Made by a program: the position numbers and the translations under genes. This document shows, one piece after another, positions 21,164 to 30,759 of a stretch of 64,000 bases of DNA (its first letter is position 1; each line of letters starts with the position of its first letter). The notes below the pieces were generated by a model that was not told the DNA's origin, did not search any database, and was given only the letters and a program-made list of their open reading frames with translations. Where the stretch lies: NCBI GenBank assembly GCA_965208025.1, contig OZ242302.1, positions 656,727 through 720,726 on the forward strand, written 5' to 3'. Origin of the DNA: Rhodothermales bacterium (GTDB lineage Bacteria; Bacteroidota; Rhodothermia; Rhodothermales; Bin80).

Positions 21164-21691
21164 CTATGTCTGGATGACAGAGTGCACCCTCTGTCCATAC
21201 CGCAGTTTTGCCCTCCCACTGAGTTCAATTAACTCAATCAAGAAGGATAGACCTACGATCTCTGCTCCACTACGTTCAACCAGATCCTCCACAGCGGAAG
21301 CAGTGCCACCCGTAGCAAGAACATCATCGTGGATCAATACCTGATCACTGGGGATCACAGAATCTATGTGCATTTCCACTTTATCTGAACCGTATTCCAA
21401 GTTATAGGAAACACTATACGTCTGGCGCGGCAGTTTTCCCTCTTTACGAACAGGTACAAAGCTGGCCCCCAGTTCAAGAGCAATCAGGGGCGCCATGATG
21501 AAACCCCTTGATTCAACACCAATTACTTTATTAATCTTTTTCCCCTTGAACGGGAAGGCCAATTGCTCCACAGCCAACTTTAGTAGAGAGATGTCAGATA
21601 AGATTGGCGTGATGTCCTTGAAATTAATTCCGGGCTTGGGAAAATCTGGAACTGTGCGTATAGCATTCTTAAGTTCTTCAGTGGGGATCAT
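21164..21691 (-). CDS. apt: Adenine phosphoribosyltransferase
   Basis: 175 aa. It has IRTVPDFPKPGINFKDITP and the PRPP-binding loop VLIHDDVLATGGTASA. Confidence 0.93.
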   Translation of the reverse strand: MIPTEELKNAIRTVPDFPKPGINFKDITPILSDISLLKLAVEQLAFPFKGKKINKVIGVESRGFIMAPLIALELGASFVPVRKEGKLPRQTYSVSYNLEYGSDKVEMHIDSVIPSDQVLIHDDVLATGGTASAVEDLVERSGAEIVGLSFLIELIELSGRAKLRYGQRVHSVIQT

Positions 21692-21826
21692 TGGAGTTAA
21701 TGTATGACAGGATGTGAATATAGGAAATTTCTACCTTGATCAACAATTCGCTGAGCCTGAGTATCATTCCTGATGTTGCTAAAGATACTTATTGCTTAGA
21801 CCGAGACCGTGACAACTCCCCGCCCA

Positions 21827-22141
21827 GGTTCTATCACGAATCTAGTGGGAAAAGGTCTAACCATCCGCGGATGAGCAAAACCATGCTTCCCATGTGTTCA
21901 AACCTTTTTCTGTCTGTACCAATCATTTTGAGTTCTTGGATTTTGCCGTTTACTGGTTCTGTGATGGTGTTCAATCGTATAGGCTAGAACGCATTACAGG
22001 CTCTTCAAGATGTAACTGATATATTTCGGCAACCGTGATGACTGTTTTGATGTCCCTCTTTCCAACACGAATTATGTACATTTATACAGATTCCGCTAGT
22101 TCATAAAATGGTTCTCATCCCACACAAATTGTGGTAGAACC
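21827..22141 (+). mobile_element. MITE-like non-autonomous element (about 315 bp) with imperfect terminal inverted repeats
   Basis: The left end ggttctatcacgaatctagtggg matches the reverse complement of the right end (cccacacaaattgtggtagaacc) at 17 of 23 positions by hand alignment. There is no credible internal ORF, and I saw no target-site duplication. Confidence 0.3.
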
Positions 22142-22987
22142 GTTCCTATTCGTGGGAGATAGTCCTCAGCCTATATTCTTCATGAGCTTGTCTTTATTCG
22201 AGGTTAATCCGTCACCAAAAAATTAAGTTTATCTGGTGAATTTGGGATTCTGAGGTCTATCCTTGATCCCAAGATGGTCAAGTAGTATCATTTTCATATC
22301 CAGATAGGATGCGTTGAACGAAATGAGTCGCACTATCTTATGTCGTTGATCAGTATCGTCTAGCTTGACCTGCCATGATCGAGGTCTATCAATGTAGTTC
22401 CAGATACAAAAACCTGTGATTCCCACGCTTAGGATCCAAAATATTCAGAAGGTTTTTTGCATATAACTTACATATATGCTGGGAGTTGATGCAATTCTAT
22501 CATCAAGTGCGGATGGTTCCGCCAGAAATCCTCAATATACCCTTGGATGCGTTTTGAGAACTTCATTGGTATTCAAGACCTGTTCTGATGCCAATGAATC
22601 TCTTCGGTTTTGATTTGGACTGACATTACTCCCCCAGTACTGGTCATAATACACCATGGTATATCTCTATAAATTTTCTCGTACTAGCGTGCACAATGCA
22701 CCGTTTTTGAAAAATAGCCCGGTGTTAGACCATGAAAGAAAAAATGTCCCGCTATATACTTACAGTCATTAAGGATTTTCACTGTCGCAGGAAAGAGTAT
22801 ATTGAACTTGTCACTCACACTTCGTCAATCCAGCCTATCCAGACGCCAACATAATCAGATTCAGAAAAACATGGCCCCCCGACAGGCTTCAGGGAGGAAT
22901 GGGCAAAGTTCCGAAGAGGAAAAATTTTGACAATCCAGATATTTTATAACGGAATGGATGATCAACAAATACTTCAAAGAGGCACTC

Positions 22988-23527
22988 CTATGGAAATAAT
23001 TGCAGGTATACCAAGGTAAGACCGAAAGTAGTAAGTATCGTCGCTACAACCCAACGAATAACTCGGACTTCTGAAGAACTGATCTTACCTTCCACTTGAC
23101 TGACCTTACCTTCCACTTGACTGACCTTACCTTCCACTTGACTGACCTTACCTTCCACTTGACTGATCTTACTATCCAATTGATTGATCTTGTCACTCAG
23201 TTCGCCGTTTAGAGTATGAACTTCAACTTGAGCCTCGCTGATTTTGGTAATCATTTCACCGTGTAAGGTATGAACTTCAACTTGGACCTCGTTGATCTTG
23301 TTATTTAGTTCTCTATTTGCGGTATGAACTTCAGTTTGAATATCACTGATCTTGTCACCTAATTCACAGCGTAATTCGTTAATTTCACTCCGCACAAATT
23401 CTTTCGTTGCAACATCACCATGTTGTTTGTGCAACGTATCAGTTAATACAGATAGGAGCACCTCAGCCTGTTTTGGCTTGAATCCAACCTCCGTAAGATG
23501 ATTAGTTATTGACTGTGGATTAATCAT
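22988..23527 (-). CDS. Tail-anchored coiled-coil protein, DUF1640-like, with heptad tandem repeats
   Basis: 179 aa. The N-terminus (LTEVGFKPKQAEVLLSVL...DVATKEFV) resembles DUF1640. Repeated EVHT-x-coil units are followed by QVEGKVS x4 and a C-terminal TM (WVVATILTTFGLTLVYLQLF). Confidence 0.6.
   Translation of the reverse strand: MINPQSITNHLTEVGFKPKQAEVLLSVLTDTLHKQHGDVATKEFVRSEINELRCELGDKISDIQTEVHTANRELNNKINEVQVEVHTLHGEMITKISEAQVEVHTLNGELSDKINQLDSKISQVEGKVSQVEGKVSQVEGKVSQVEGKISSSEVRVIRWVVATILTTFGLTLVYLQLFP
23081..23185. repeat. 21-bp tandem repeat, 5 units (3 identical, 1 with one mismatch, 1 degenerate), in-frame inside the coiled-coil gene
   Basis: The unit gaccttaccttccacttgact occurs at 23102, 23123 and 23144. 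Flanking variant units are at 23081 and 23165. Confidence 0.9.
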
Positions 23528-23960
23528 TTTAGAGTTTTGTTACGTGAGGTGATACACCTCGGTAATTTTGATATCAGAAATTTCTCTCACTAAGGAGTCT
23601 TCATTGTTAGAGTGAATATCCATTCAGCAGGATTCACTTGCTTATGTTCCCAAATCTCCTCTCCTTTGGTCAAATGGCAAATCTTTTCTCGTAATCAATA
23701 TACTCTGAGTCTTATCGACCTATTTCAGAGCGCATTATAGAATGCCTATCCATGAGATTTAGCATTCAGATTATAGCATCCTCAACATTCAACCAAACTG
23801 GAATCAATGTTATTCTTTCGGTTGATCAACAGTTGTAGGAATAGATTGATCCAATGAGAATAATTGTAGCAAAGGAAGGAAAGGAGTGATACCAGAGAGT
23901 AGCGCATAAATAGATCTATGAAATTTGACATGAAATTGAGTAGGTTTCGTTTGCCGACTA

Positions 23961-23991
23961 ATACTCATTCCCTACTAATTGTGGTAGAACC
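23961..23991 (+). repeat. Solo IS right-end-like repeat (...aattgtggtagaacc)
   Basis: atactcattccctactaattgtggtagaacc shares its terminal roughly 20 nt with the copies at 22110-22141 and 55989-56017. Confidence 0.5.
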
Positions 23992-24658
23992 CCCGTCCAA
24001 AAGTATGGGGACTCCCGATTCTCAGACAGATGCTCTTGATTTCAGTGTCTTACGCTGGTTTCCTCAGGTTTACGGGTTGCCCTACCCCCTGTTCTTAGTC
24101 CGAAAGCAAAATTGCTTTTGGTCTTAACGTCTTCGGTGAACTGCTAGGTTATCGTCAGCCACTACAAAGAAAGATGATTGGGACAATTAGGTTAATATCC
24201 AAGAGTATCGTGAACTCTATTCAATTTACTTATCTGCACCTTATATCCCGCTATAAAGAACAGGGTTTTACGGCGCGTTTGAGAAGATCAGCGATAACCT
24301 GATGTCGAAGATTTTCCCACAGGACCCCACGAACATGGATCATATGGAACGAATGTAATGGATCAGGCTATGTATTAGGGATTATTGATATCCGCCTGCC
24401 GGCTACCTCTGATTAAACTTCGGATATTGTCTGACTTATATTTTCTCTTGTGGATTGCTTATTTCGTAGACTATATGCCGATCCTCGGAAAACTATGGCT
24501 CATATTCTTTGAAATTTATCAACAGAATGACATAAGTTATCCATGCACTGAGCGAATTTGGAGTGCGTTTGACGCTCCCTAAGGAATTCGTAATATCCAA
24601 ATCGGTTTAGTTGTTCGTAGAATTATATTTCTGAGTCACCCTATTTGCATGAGAAAAA

Positions 24659-25534
24659 ATGAATCAACGTAAACCTTTCAAAATTGAAATCTTTTTGTCT
24701 GAGGGAATTCCAAATGGTCTTCGCTTGGTTGAAAAGTCCAGCCGGGATGTCCTTTGCATTGTTTGTCCCCAGGGAAGATACCCTCATGTGAAGAGTAGAG
24801 ACGAATTTTCGAAAAGTGGTGTTTATCTATTAGTTGGACAAGATGGGGATTCGTTACCCAAGCTATATGTTGGAGAGTCAGAAAAGGTTAGGGATCGCCT
24901 CAACTCGCATTATGCTGACAAAGACTTCTGGCAACAGGCGATCATTTTTACGACGAGGGACACTCCACTGAATAAAGCGGAGATCAAGTTTTTAGAGTCA
25001 CGCCTTTTAGAATTGGCAAAGGAATCTGGCCGTTCAAAGCTTGAAAATTCAGGTGAGTCGAAACGGCCGAAACTATCAGAATCGGACGAGGCTGTAATGG
25101 AGGAGTTACTTGATGAATTACTATTACTCCTACCTGTCTTGGGTTTGACTCTATTCCAGCGACCCGAGACACCATCTGATGATAGTAATGTCTATCATCT
25201 AAGTGAAAAGGGATTAGATGCAAGAGGAATTGAGACGGACTCTGGGTTTCTGGTCTTAAAGGGATCGCTTGCACACATAAATGAAAAAGAATCAATGAAA
25301 AAGCATATTCCTAGCTACTATCGTCTGCGTCGGGAATTAATTGATCATCAGACACTTCGTAAAATACCCAACGGATATGAATTTGCCACAGACTGGCTCT
25401 TTGACTCACCCTCGGCCGTAGCAGCAGTCTGCTACGGTGGAAATACTCGTGCCTTCTCCGCTTGGAAAGATTCTACTGGCACATCTCTAAAAGATAATCG
25501 GACACGAGAGGCAGGAAGTAGCGACTCGGATTAG
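24659..25534 (+). CDS. GIY-YIG nuclease domain protein with DUF4357-like C-terminal domain
   Basis: 291 aa. GVYLLVG...LYVGESEKVRDRLNSH matches the GIY-(x)-YIG core. The C-terminal region (GIETDSGFLVLKGS...FDSPSAVAAVCYGGNTRAFSAWK) resembles DUF4357. Confidence 0.65.
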   Translation: MNQRKPFKIEIFLSEGIPNGLRLVEKSSRDVLCIVCPQGRYPHVKSRDEFSKSGVYLLVGQDGDSLPKLYVGESEKVRDRLNSHYADKDFWQQAIIFTTRDTPLNKAEIKFLESRLLELAKESGRSKLENSGESKRPKLSESDEAVMEELLDELLLLLPVLGLTLFQRPETPSDDSNVYHLSEKGLDARGIETDSGFLVLKGSLAHINEKESMKKHIPSYYRLRRELIDHQTLRKIPNGYEFATDWLFDSPSAVAAVCYGGNTRAFSAWKDSTGTSLKDNRTREAGSSDSD

Positions 25535-25622
25535 ACAAAATGAGTTACATTTTCGCACCTATCTCCTACTATGCAAACCATAATACCTAATGAGGGTTTT
25601 TCCGTTATTCGTATATGAAACC

Positions 25623-26291
25623 CTACCATTGGTATGAGGAGCCACGGCCAAGAAGCTGGTTCATTCGGTCTTGAATAATCTCGTCCCTGTTGTTGAGACG
25701 CTCTTCCAAGGTTGAATGTTGATCATCTAAACTGCTCCGATTACGGTTTAGTGCCTCCGTATCTTGTACCTGTTTATAGTCAAAGATTTTCTCCAACTGC
25801 TCTCTTAACATCTGCTCCGTCTCATCACGAGCGTCCTCATCAGCCCGACGGAGTTCTCGTGCAAGACGGTGCGCTTCGGCTTCCATATTGCGCAATTCAC
25901 TGGTGTGCGAATGGTCGTGACGCCTTCGCCGATCTCTAATGAAGCGTTTCCGTCTGGAGATTTCAGGTCTCTGACGGAACCCTCGGTGCCAATGATCTCT
26001 TCCATTTGAAATATGGATTTGAACCTTTGGATCTCTGACGAAGGAATCTACAATGGTGGTATCCCCTTCCGAATCAATCGTGATTTCGCGTTCTATTTGA
26101 AAATTCCGCCTGCGATGATCCCGAATATGCATACGACGCGAAGACGAATCCATTACGATCAACGTATCTCTATCCGAAGTAATGATCACATCACGCTCCG
26201 TATAGACAGAATCCTTCTGAGCATTTGCACTTTGAAATGAAAACATTCCAAAAACAAAGCAAAAAGTGGCGACCAAAGTAATATGTTTCAT
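25623..26291 (-). CDS. Secreted, highly charged helical protein; last gene of the ECF sigma operon
   Basis: 222 aa with a signal peptide (FCFVFGMFSFQSANAQ). It has Arg/His-rich segments, and its C-terminal helix LREQLEKIFDYKQ...RDEIIQDRMNQLLG is paralogous to the C-terminus of the upstream gene. Confidence 0.6.
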   Translation of the reverse strand: MKHITLVATFCFVFGMFSFQSANAQKDSVYTERDVIITSDRDTLIVMDSSSRRMHIRDHRRRNFQIEREITIDSEGDTTIVDSFVRDPKVQIHISNGRDHWHRGFRQRPEISRRKRFIRDRRRRHDHSHTSELRNMEAEAHRLARELRRADEDARDETEQMLREQLEKIFDYKQVQDTEALNRNRSSLDDQHSTLEERLNNRDEIIQDRMNQLLGRGSSYQW

Positions 26292-26348
26292 GAATTTGAG
26301 AATTTATGTGCTTGAAGCACAATGAATTGATTTGCCTGAACCCCCTTG

Positions 26349-27254
26349 TTAGTGCACTTTTCCCAGCAACTCATCCAGACGCGCATCAATTAGACGATCC
26401 TTAGCACGAGATCTTTCCCTGAGCCGATCTTCCATTCGTTTGAGTTCCATTCTCAAATGTTTAATTTCAATACGTCGATTTTCCTGTTTCATGTCAAAGA
26501 CTTCTTTCAACTTTGCTTCTAGTTCATCAATAGCGCGGTCACGTTCCACTCCATCCTCAAGCTTTCGAATGCTCTGTGCCATTTTTACCGCTTCCAATTC
26601 TTCCCTCCACTCATGCCGTAGTAGCTCAAATAACTCTCCGCCAGCATCCCGAACACTTGACATATAATTTGAGAGCTCTATCATCTTTGTCGCATCATGA
26701 TGCGTGGACGCCATCCCATACGGGATTGATTCGGTTTGAGTTGCCGCGAAATCGGATGGATCGGCAACCACATCAGCACTATTCATAATTAACTGCTGCC
26801 AGTGTCCATCAGGACTGATCAATGAGTCTATCATTTCTGGCCAGGGTAAAGAGGAAACCATATCCACCATGTTCCCAACTAATGCACCCCCAAACCCATA
26901 TAGATCATTCGGGGTAGAAAATGATTCGATCTCAATAGAGGGTTCATCCAGAGTAACCAATACTCTGAAATCAATCGCTCCATCCTCTTTTGCCTCCGTA
27001 ATTCGGTTTTTCCAGATTTCGTACTGATTCCCATTGATTTCTACACGCATTGGGAATGGTCCCATAGAATGTAAACTGAAACTCAAATCTCCAACGCTAA
27101 GTCGATCGGGGATTTGAGATGAGTCAATGATTTTATTGTTCACCATTAACTCACCTGCCTTACTTTCAAATTGAATGGATTGGGAATGGACACTGACGAC
27201 AGTGAATGCAGTCGCAAGGATCAGAATGTTACAAGCAGATAGGACTTGTTTCAT
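26349..27254 (-). CDS. Secreted protein of unknown function; third gene of the ECF sigma operon
   Basis: 301 aa with a signal peptide (ILILATAFTVVSVHSQ). The C-terminal helix is LKEVFDMKQENRRIEIKHLRMELKRMEDRLRERSRAKDRLIDARLDELLG. Confidence 0.6.
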   Translation of the reverse strand: MKQVLSACNILILATAFTVVSVHSQSIQFESKAGELMVNNKIIDSSQIPDRLSVGDLSFSLHSMGPFPMRVEINGNQYEIWKNRITEAKEDGAIDFRVLVTLDEPSIEIESFSTPNDLYGFGGALVGNMVDMVSSLPWPEMIDSLISPDGHWQQLIMNSADVVADPSDFAATQTESIPYGMASTHHDATKMIELSNYMSSVRDAGGELFELLRHEWREELEAVKMAQSIRKLEDGVERDRAIDELEAKLKEVFDMKQENRRIEIKHLRMELKRMEDRLRERSRAKDRLIDARLDELLGKVH

Positions 27255-27262
27255 AAGAATAC

Positions 27263-27841
27263 CTAGTCGTTATTGAGGGGAACACTTACAGCTTCGACAC
27301 CAGGTCTTGCAGCATTAGAAATATCTGGAAGCGAGTCCAACTTCATGACCTCAGACTCATCCCATAGATCTGGACTGGTCCGCTGACGCACGACACTGAG
27401 CGCCTGTTGCATCACAACCCGATCACGCGTATCATCCCACTGCAACTCCACAGAACTTGATGTCTGAGGATCTTCAAGAATAGGACTCTCTGGCTGTTCA
27501 GTTGGCAAGAGGAAAATGAATAGCAGGCAGGCAGTCACTGCACCAACTCCGCCGATAAGAATCAAGGGTCTAGGGCGGCGAACCATTCCACTCCATAAGC
27601 GAGGCGACTTGGATCTGGCAGCTATAAAAATTTGGCTCAGCGTCTGTTCAGGTACAGCAATTGACCTTCGCAGAGATGGGCTCTCCATCTGTTGCTTGAC
27701 GTGTAGCAGACGCTTGAATTTCTCTTGATTCTTTGGATCTTCTAGAATTTCGTCCAGTATCTCCGAACTATCCCCCTCACCATAGAGGTGCTGGATAAGA
27801 AGAAGCTTTTCGTCAATTTCAGTAGTTCGTTTTTTAGGCAT
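27263..27841 (-). CDS. Putative single-pass anti-sigma factor
   Basis: It lies directly downstream of the ECF sigma gene, overlapping it by 8 nt if the MPKKRT start is used. It has one central TM (PLILIGGVGAVTACLLFIFLL), a short cytoplasmic N-terminal region and a periplasmic C-terminal region. Confidence 0.5.
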   Translation of the reverse strand: MPKKRTTEIDEKLLLIQHLYGEGDSSEILDEILEDPKNQEKFKRLLHVKQQMESPSLRRSIAVPEQTLSQIFIAARSKSPRLWSGMVRRPRPLILIGGVGAVTACLLFIFLLPTEQPESPILEDPQTSSSVELQWDDTRDRVVMQQALSVVRQRTSPDLWDESEVMKLDSLPDISNAARPGVEAVSVPLNND

Positions 27842-28484
27842 GCATCGTTTTGGGCAATTGCCCATTCTCTGTCTGATCTATGGGAGCATAACGCTGTGAT
27901 TGACGCTCAATCATCGCGCGAAGATTAATCAAGGCATATCTCATGCGTCCTAATGCAGTATTGATAGAAACCCCAGTGATTTCGGAAATTTCCCGAAATG
28001 TTAGCCCTGCATCTTGGCGTAGCAACACCACTTCACGCTGTGAAGGGGGTAAAGATTCAATACAAGCATCTAGCCATTGACTTCGTTCTTTAAGATACAA
28101 CAGGTCGTCGGGGGATTCTCCGTCATCAGGGATACGATCCCAGTAGTCTTCATCCCCGTTGGCTACATCCTTCCACTTATTCCGTCCGCGCTTATAGTCA
28201 AACACTACATTACGAGCAATCATGAGGACCCACCCCAAGAATCGCCCTTTGGGAGTATACCCGCCCCGCCGCTGGTGCACAACGTCAATCACCTTTAGAA
28301 AGGTATCCTGAAATAAATCACTCGCAAGCTCGGCATCATGAACCATTCCTAAAATAAAACCATAAACACGGTCTTTGTGGCGATTGACAAGCTGCTGGAA
28401 CGCAAGTTGATCTCCCTTTTCCGCATAAGCGGCCAACAATTCATCGTCAGACAAGGATGTGTACATGTTTCTGTTGTGACTCAA
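27834..28484 (-). CDS. ECF (group IV) RNA polymerase sigma-70 factor
   Basis: 216 aa. Region 2 is FQQLVNRHKDRVYGFILGMV...DLFQDTFLKV. The region 4 HTH is REVVLLRQDAGLTFREISEITGVSINTALGRMRYAL. Confidence 0.9.
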   Translation of the reverse strand: MSHNRNMYTSLSDDELLAAYAEKGDQLAFQQLVNRHKDRVYGFILGMVHDAELASDLFQDTFLKVIDVVHQRRGGYTPKGRFLGWVLMIARNVVFDYKRGRNKWKDVANGDEDYWDRIPDDGESPDDLLYLKERSQWLDACIESLPPSQREVVLLRQDAGLTFREISEITGVSINTALGRMRYALINLRAMIERQSQRYAPIDQTENGQLPKTMHA

Positions 28485-28523
28485 GCAAAAGAACGGCCCG
28501 GACTCTCTCTTTATTGCTTCCCG

Positions 28524-29867
28524 TCAAGCCAGGAGCAATTCAATGACCTCGGTCACAGTCTGGACCCCAATCGTATGAATCCCTTTCAGAGCTGGAAAGC
28601 CTTGGAGGCTTCGGGAAGGCACGACGGCAGTTTCAAATCCTAACTTTGCACATTCATGGAGACGCATTTCAAGTCGGCTCACCCCCCTCACCTCGCCTCC
28701 CAACCCAACCTCACCGATCAGGACTCCACAGTGATCGGCGGAGATGTCATGCAAGGAAGACGTAATTGCAACCGCAATCCCTAAATCCGCTGCGGGCTCC
28801 TCGGCCCTCACCCCTCCTGCCACATTCAAAAACACATCATATCCACCAAGAGCAAGCCCTTCCCGTTTTTCAAGAACTGCAAGTAATAACTGTAATCGCT
28901 TCGGATCAAACCCCGTAGAGGTCCGCTGAGGTGTGCCATAGGAGGTCTCAGTAACAAGTGCTTGCGCTTCAATAAGAAGAGGTCGTGTTCCCTCCATCGC
29001 ACAGATGACGCAGGATCCTGTGGCTCCACTCTGACGCTCTGACAGGAAAATTTCGCTCGGATTCAACACCTCTTTTAATCCACCGCTTGTCATTTCAAAT
29101 ACACCAATTTCGTTCGTGGATCCAAAACGATTCTTGACTGCACGAAGGATTCGATACCCGTGGTTCCTGTCCCCTTCAAAATAAAGTACGGTATCAACAA
29201 GGTGCTCCAGTACTCTGGGGCCAGCAATCGATCCAGTTCGGGTGACATGTCCAATCAAAAATGTCGCGGCATTCATTCTCTTGGTGAGCCGCATGAGCGC
29301 AGCAGCACTCTCTCGGATTTGAGTAATACTACCCGGAGCACTTGAAACATCGGGATCATAGAGAGTTTGGATTGAATCAATCACGATTACATCTGGCATT
29401 GAATCTTCAATCGCTCCGAGGATTGCTTCTGTATTGGTCTCCGCCAATAAAAGTACGTTACTCGTTGCGGCATCCAGACGCTGGGCTCTTAGCTTTACCT
29501 GCTTAGCAGATTCTTCCCCCGAAACATAAAGAACCGTAAGCGGATCCAAATAGCGCCCCAATTCCGTCATTAGGGTAGACTTCCCAATCCCGGGATCCCC
29601 TGCAACCAGTACAATTGACCCCCGCATAATTCCTCCACCCATGAGACGATCCAACTCCTGTGAACCGGTCACAATGCGAGGCATCTCGCCAATCTCAACC
29701 TCATCAATGGGCTGAGGAATGGCGACTCTGGTAGGAATAGGGCCTCGATCAGATACCTTCTCCTCCACCATGGTATCCCAAAAATTGCATCCAGGACACT
29801 TCCCCAGCCATTTAGGTGAAGAGTATCCGCATTCCTGACAGCAGAAACGTGTTTTAGCTTTTGCCAT
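28524..29867 (-). CDS. radA: DNA repair protein RadA/Sms
   Basis: 447 aa with zinc finger CQECGYSSPKWLGKCPGCNFW, Walker A GDPGIGKST, the KNRFG motif (AVKNRFGSTNE) and a Lon-like C-terminal domain. Confidence 0.93.
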   Translation of the reverse strand: MAKAKTRFCCQECGYSSPKWLGKCPGCNFWDTMVEEKVSDRGPIPTRVAIPQPIDEVEIGEMPRIVTGSQELDRLMGGGIMRGSIVLVAGDPGIGKSTLMTELGRYLDPLTVLYVSGEESAKQVKLRAQRLDAATSNVLLLAETNTEAILGAIEDSMPDVIVIDSIQTLYDPDVSSAPGSITQIRESAAALMRLTKRMNAATFLIGHVTRTGSIAGPRVLEHLVDTVLYFEGDRNHGYRILRAVKNRFGSTNEIGVFEMTSGGLKEVLNPSEIFLSERQSGATGSCVICAMEGTRPLLIEAQALVTETSYGTPQRTSTGFDPKRLQLLLAVLEKREGLALGGYDVFLNVAGGVRAEEPAADLGIAVAITSSLHDISADHCGVLIGEVGLGGEVRGVSRLEMRLHECAKLGFETAVVPSRSLQGFPALKGIHTIGVQTVTEVIELLLA

Positions 29868-29963
29868 TTATTTGATTCATTCTTCCTCAAGATAGCCCTT
29901 AAATGTGGCGATTAGAAACATCAACTGCTAAAATTGATTAACCCCAAAGATTTCTGATATTTA

Positions 29964-30725
29964 ATGTCTCCTTTTACTTTACGTCTTACACAGCCGTTCT
30001 TGAATATTGGGCGTTTTGCATTGCTGATGTCATCGGCATTCACATCGCTGCGTGAAATGGCATCGTACTGGCAAAACTTCCAGATCCAGCTCGTACGAAT
30101 TGGAATTGATTCAATTCCAATTGTAGCTTTAGCCGCAGCATTCTCTGGTGCAGTCACGACCGTTCAAACTGCCTATCAGTTGGTCTCCCCCTTCATTCCG
30201 CCCAAAATCATTGGCTCCGTTGTGGTCCCATCACTTACCATGGAGTTGGCCGCCGTGGTAACCGGATTCATTCTTTCTGGGAGGGTTGGTGCACGAATTG
30301 CAGCTGAGCTTGGGACCATGCGCGTCACCGAACAAATTGATGCACTTGAAGCCATGGGGCTTAATTCGGTTGGCTACCTGATCGTTCCACGTATCCTGGC
30401 TGGAATCGTGATGCTTCCCGTCTTGTATATTGCTGCATGCGTGGTTGGGGTTGTGGGAGGGGTGATCGCCGGTGAATTGACTGGTGTTGTATCCGCTGGC
30501 GAGTTTATTCAGGGAGCACGGGAATTTCATGATCCCTTTGGTCCATATTTTGGTCTGATCAAGGCAGTCGTTTTTGGCTTCTTGATCACCGCCGTGTCTT
30601 GCTACATTGGATATTTTACGAAAGATGGTGCTGATGGGGTTGGCAGGAGTACAACACGGGCCGCCGTGATGAGTTGTGTCTTGATCTTATTTGCTGACCT
30701 TATTTTAGCTGTACTTCTCTTATAG
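29964..30725 (+). CDS. mlaE: MlaE-family ABC transporter permease
   Basis: 253 aa multi-TM protein. GARIAAELGTMRVTEQIDALEAMG is the conserved MlaE/Ttg2B block. Confidence 0.88.
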   Translation: MSPFTLRLTQPFLNIGRFALLMSSAFTSLREMASYWQNFQIQLVRIGIDSIPIVALAAAFSGAVTTVQTAYQLVSPFIPPKIIGSVVVPSLTMELAAVVTGFILSGRVGARIAAELGTMRVTEQIDALEAMGLNSVGYLIVPRILAGIVMLPVLYIAACVVGVVGGVIAGELTGVVSAGEFIQGAREFHDPFGPYFGLIKAVVFGFLITAVSCYIGYFTKDGADGVGRSTTRAAVMSCVLILFADLILAVLLL

Positions 30726-30759
30726 TATACGCTTCAATGGTGATGATTGATTTTGTGCA

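Noticed and set aside
22110-22141. The GGTTCTACCAC...GTGGTAGAACC hairpins as integron attC sites.
   Set aside because: The arms do not fit the RYYYAAC / GTTRRRY core sites, no integrase is nearby, and one copy is directly attached to an ISL3 transposase tail. IS ends are the simpler explanation.
22150-22700. An IS630/Tc1-like transposase pseudogene on the minus strand (fragments ...KTHPRVY / IEDFWRNHPHLMIELHQLPAYM / ...WNYIDRPRSW).
   Set aside because: The only support is a faint resemblance to the HP.I.L.FLP.YSP.LNPIE block, across three broken frames. That is too degraded to support without a profile search.
23081-23185. The possibility that the tandem repeats are a CRISPR array or minisatellite outside genes.
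   Set aside because: The units are directly adjacent with no spacers, are 21 bp (in frame), and lie inside a coherent coiled-coil ORF. I saw no CRISPR-like repeat-spacer structure anywhere in the window.
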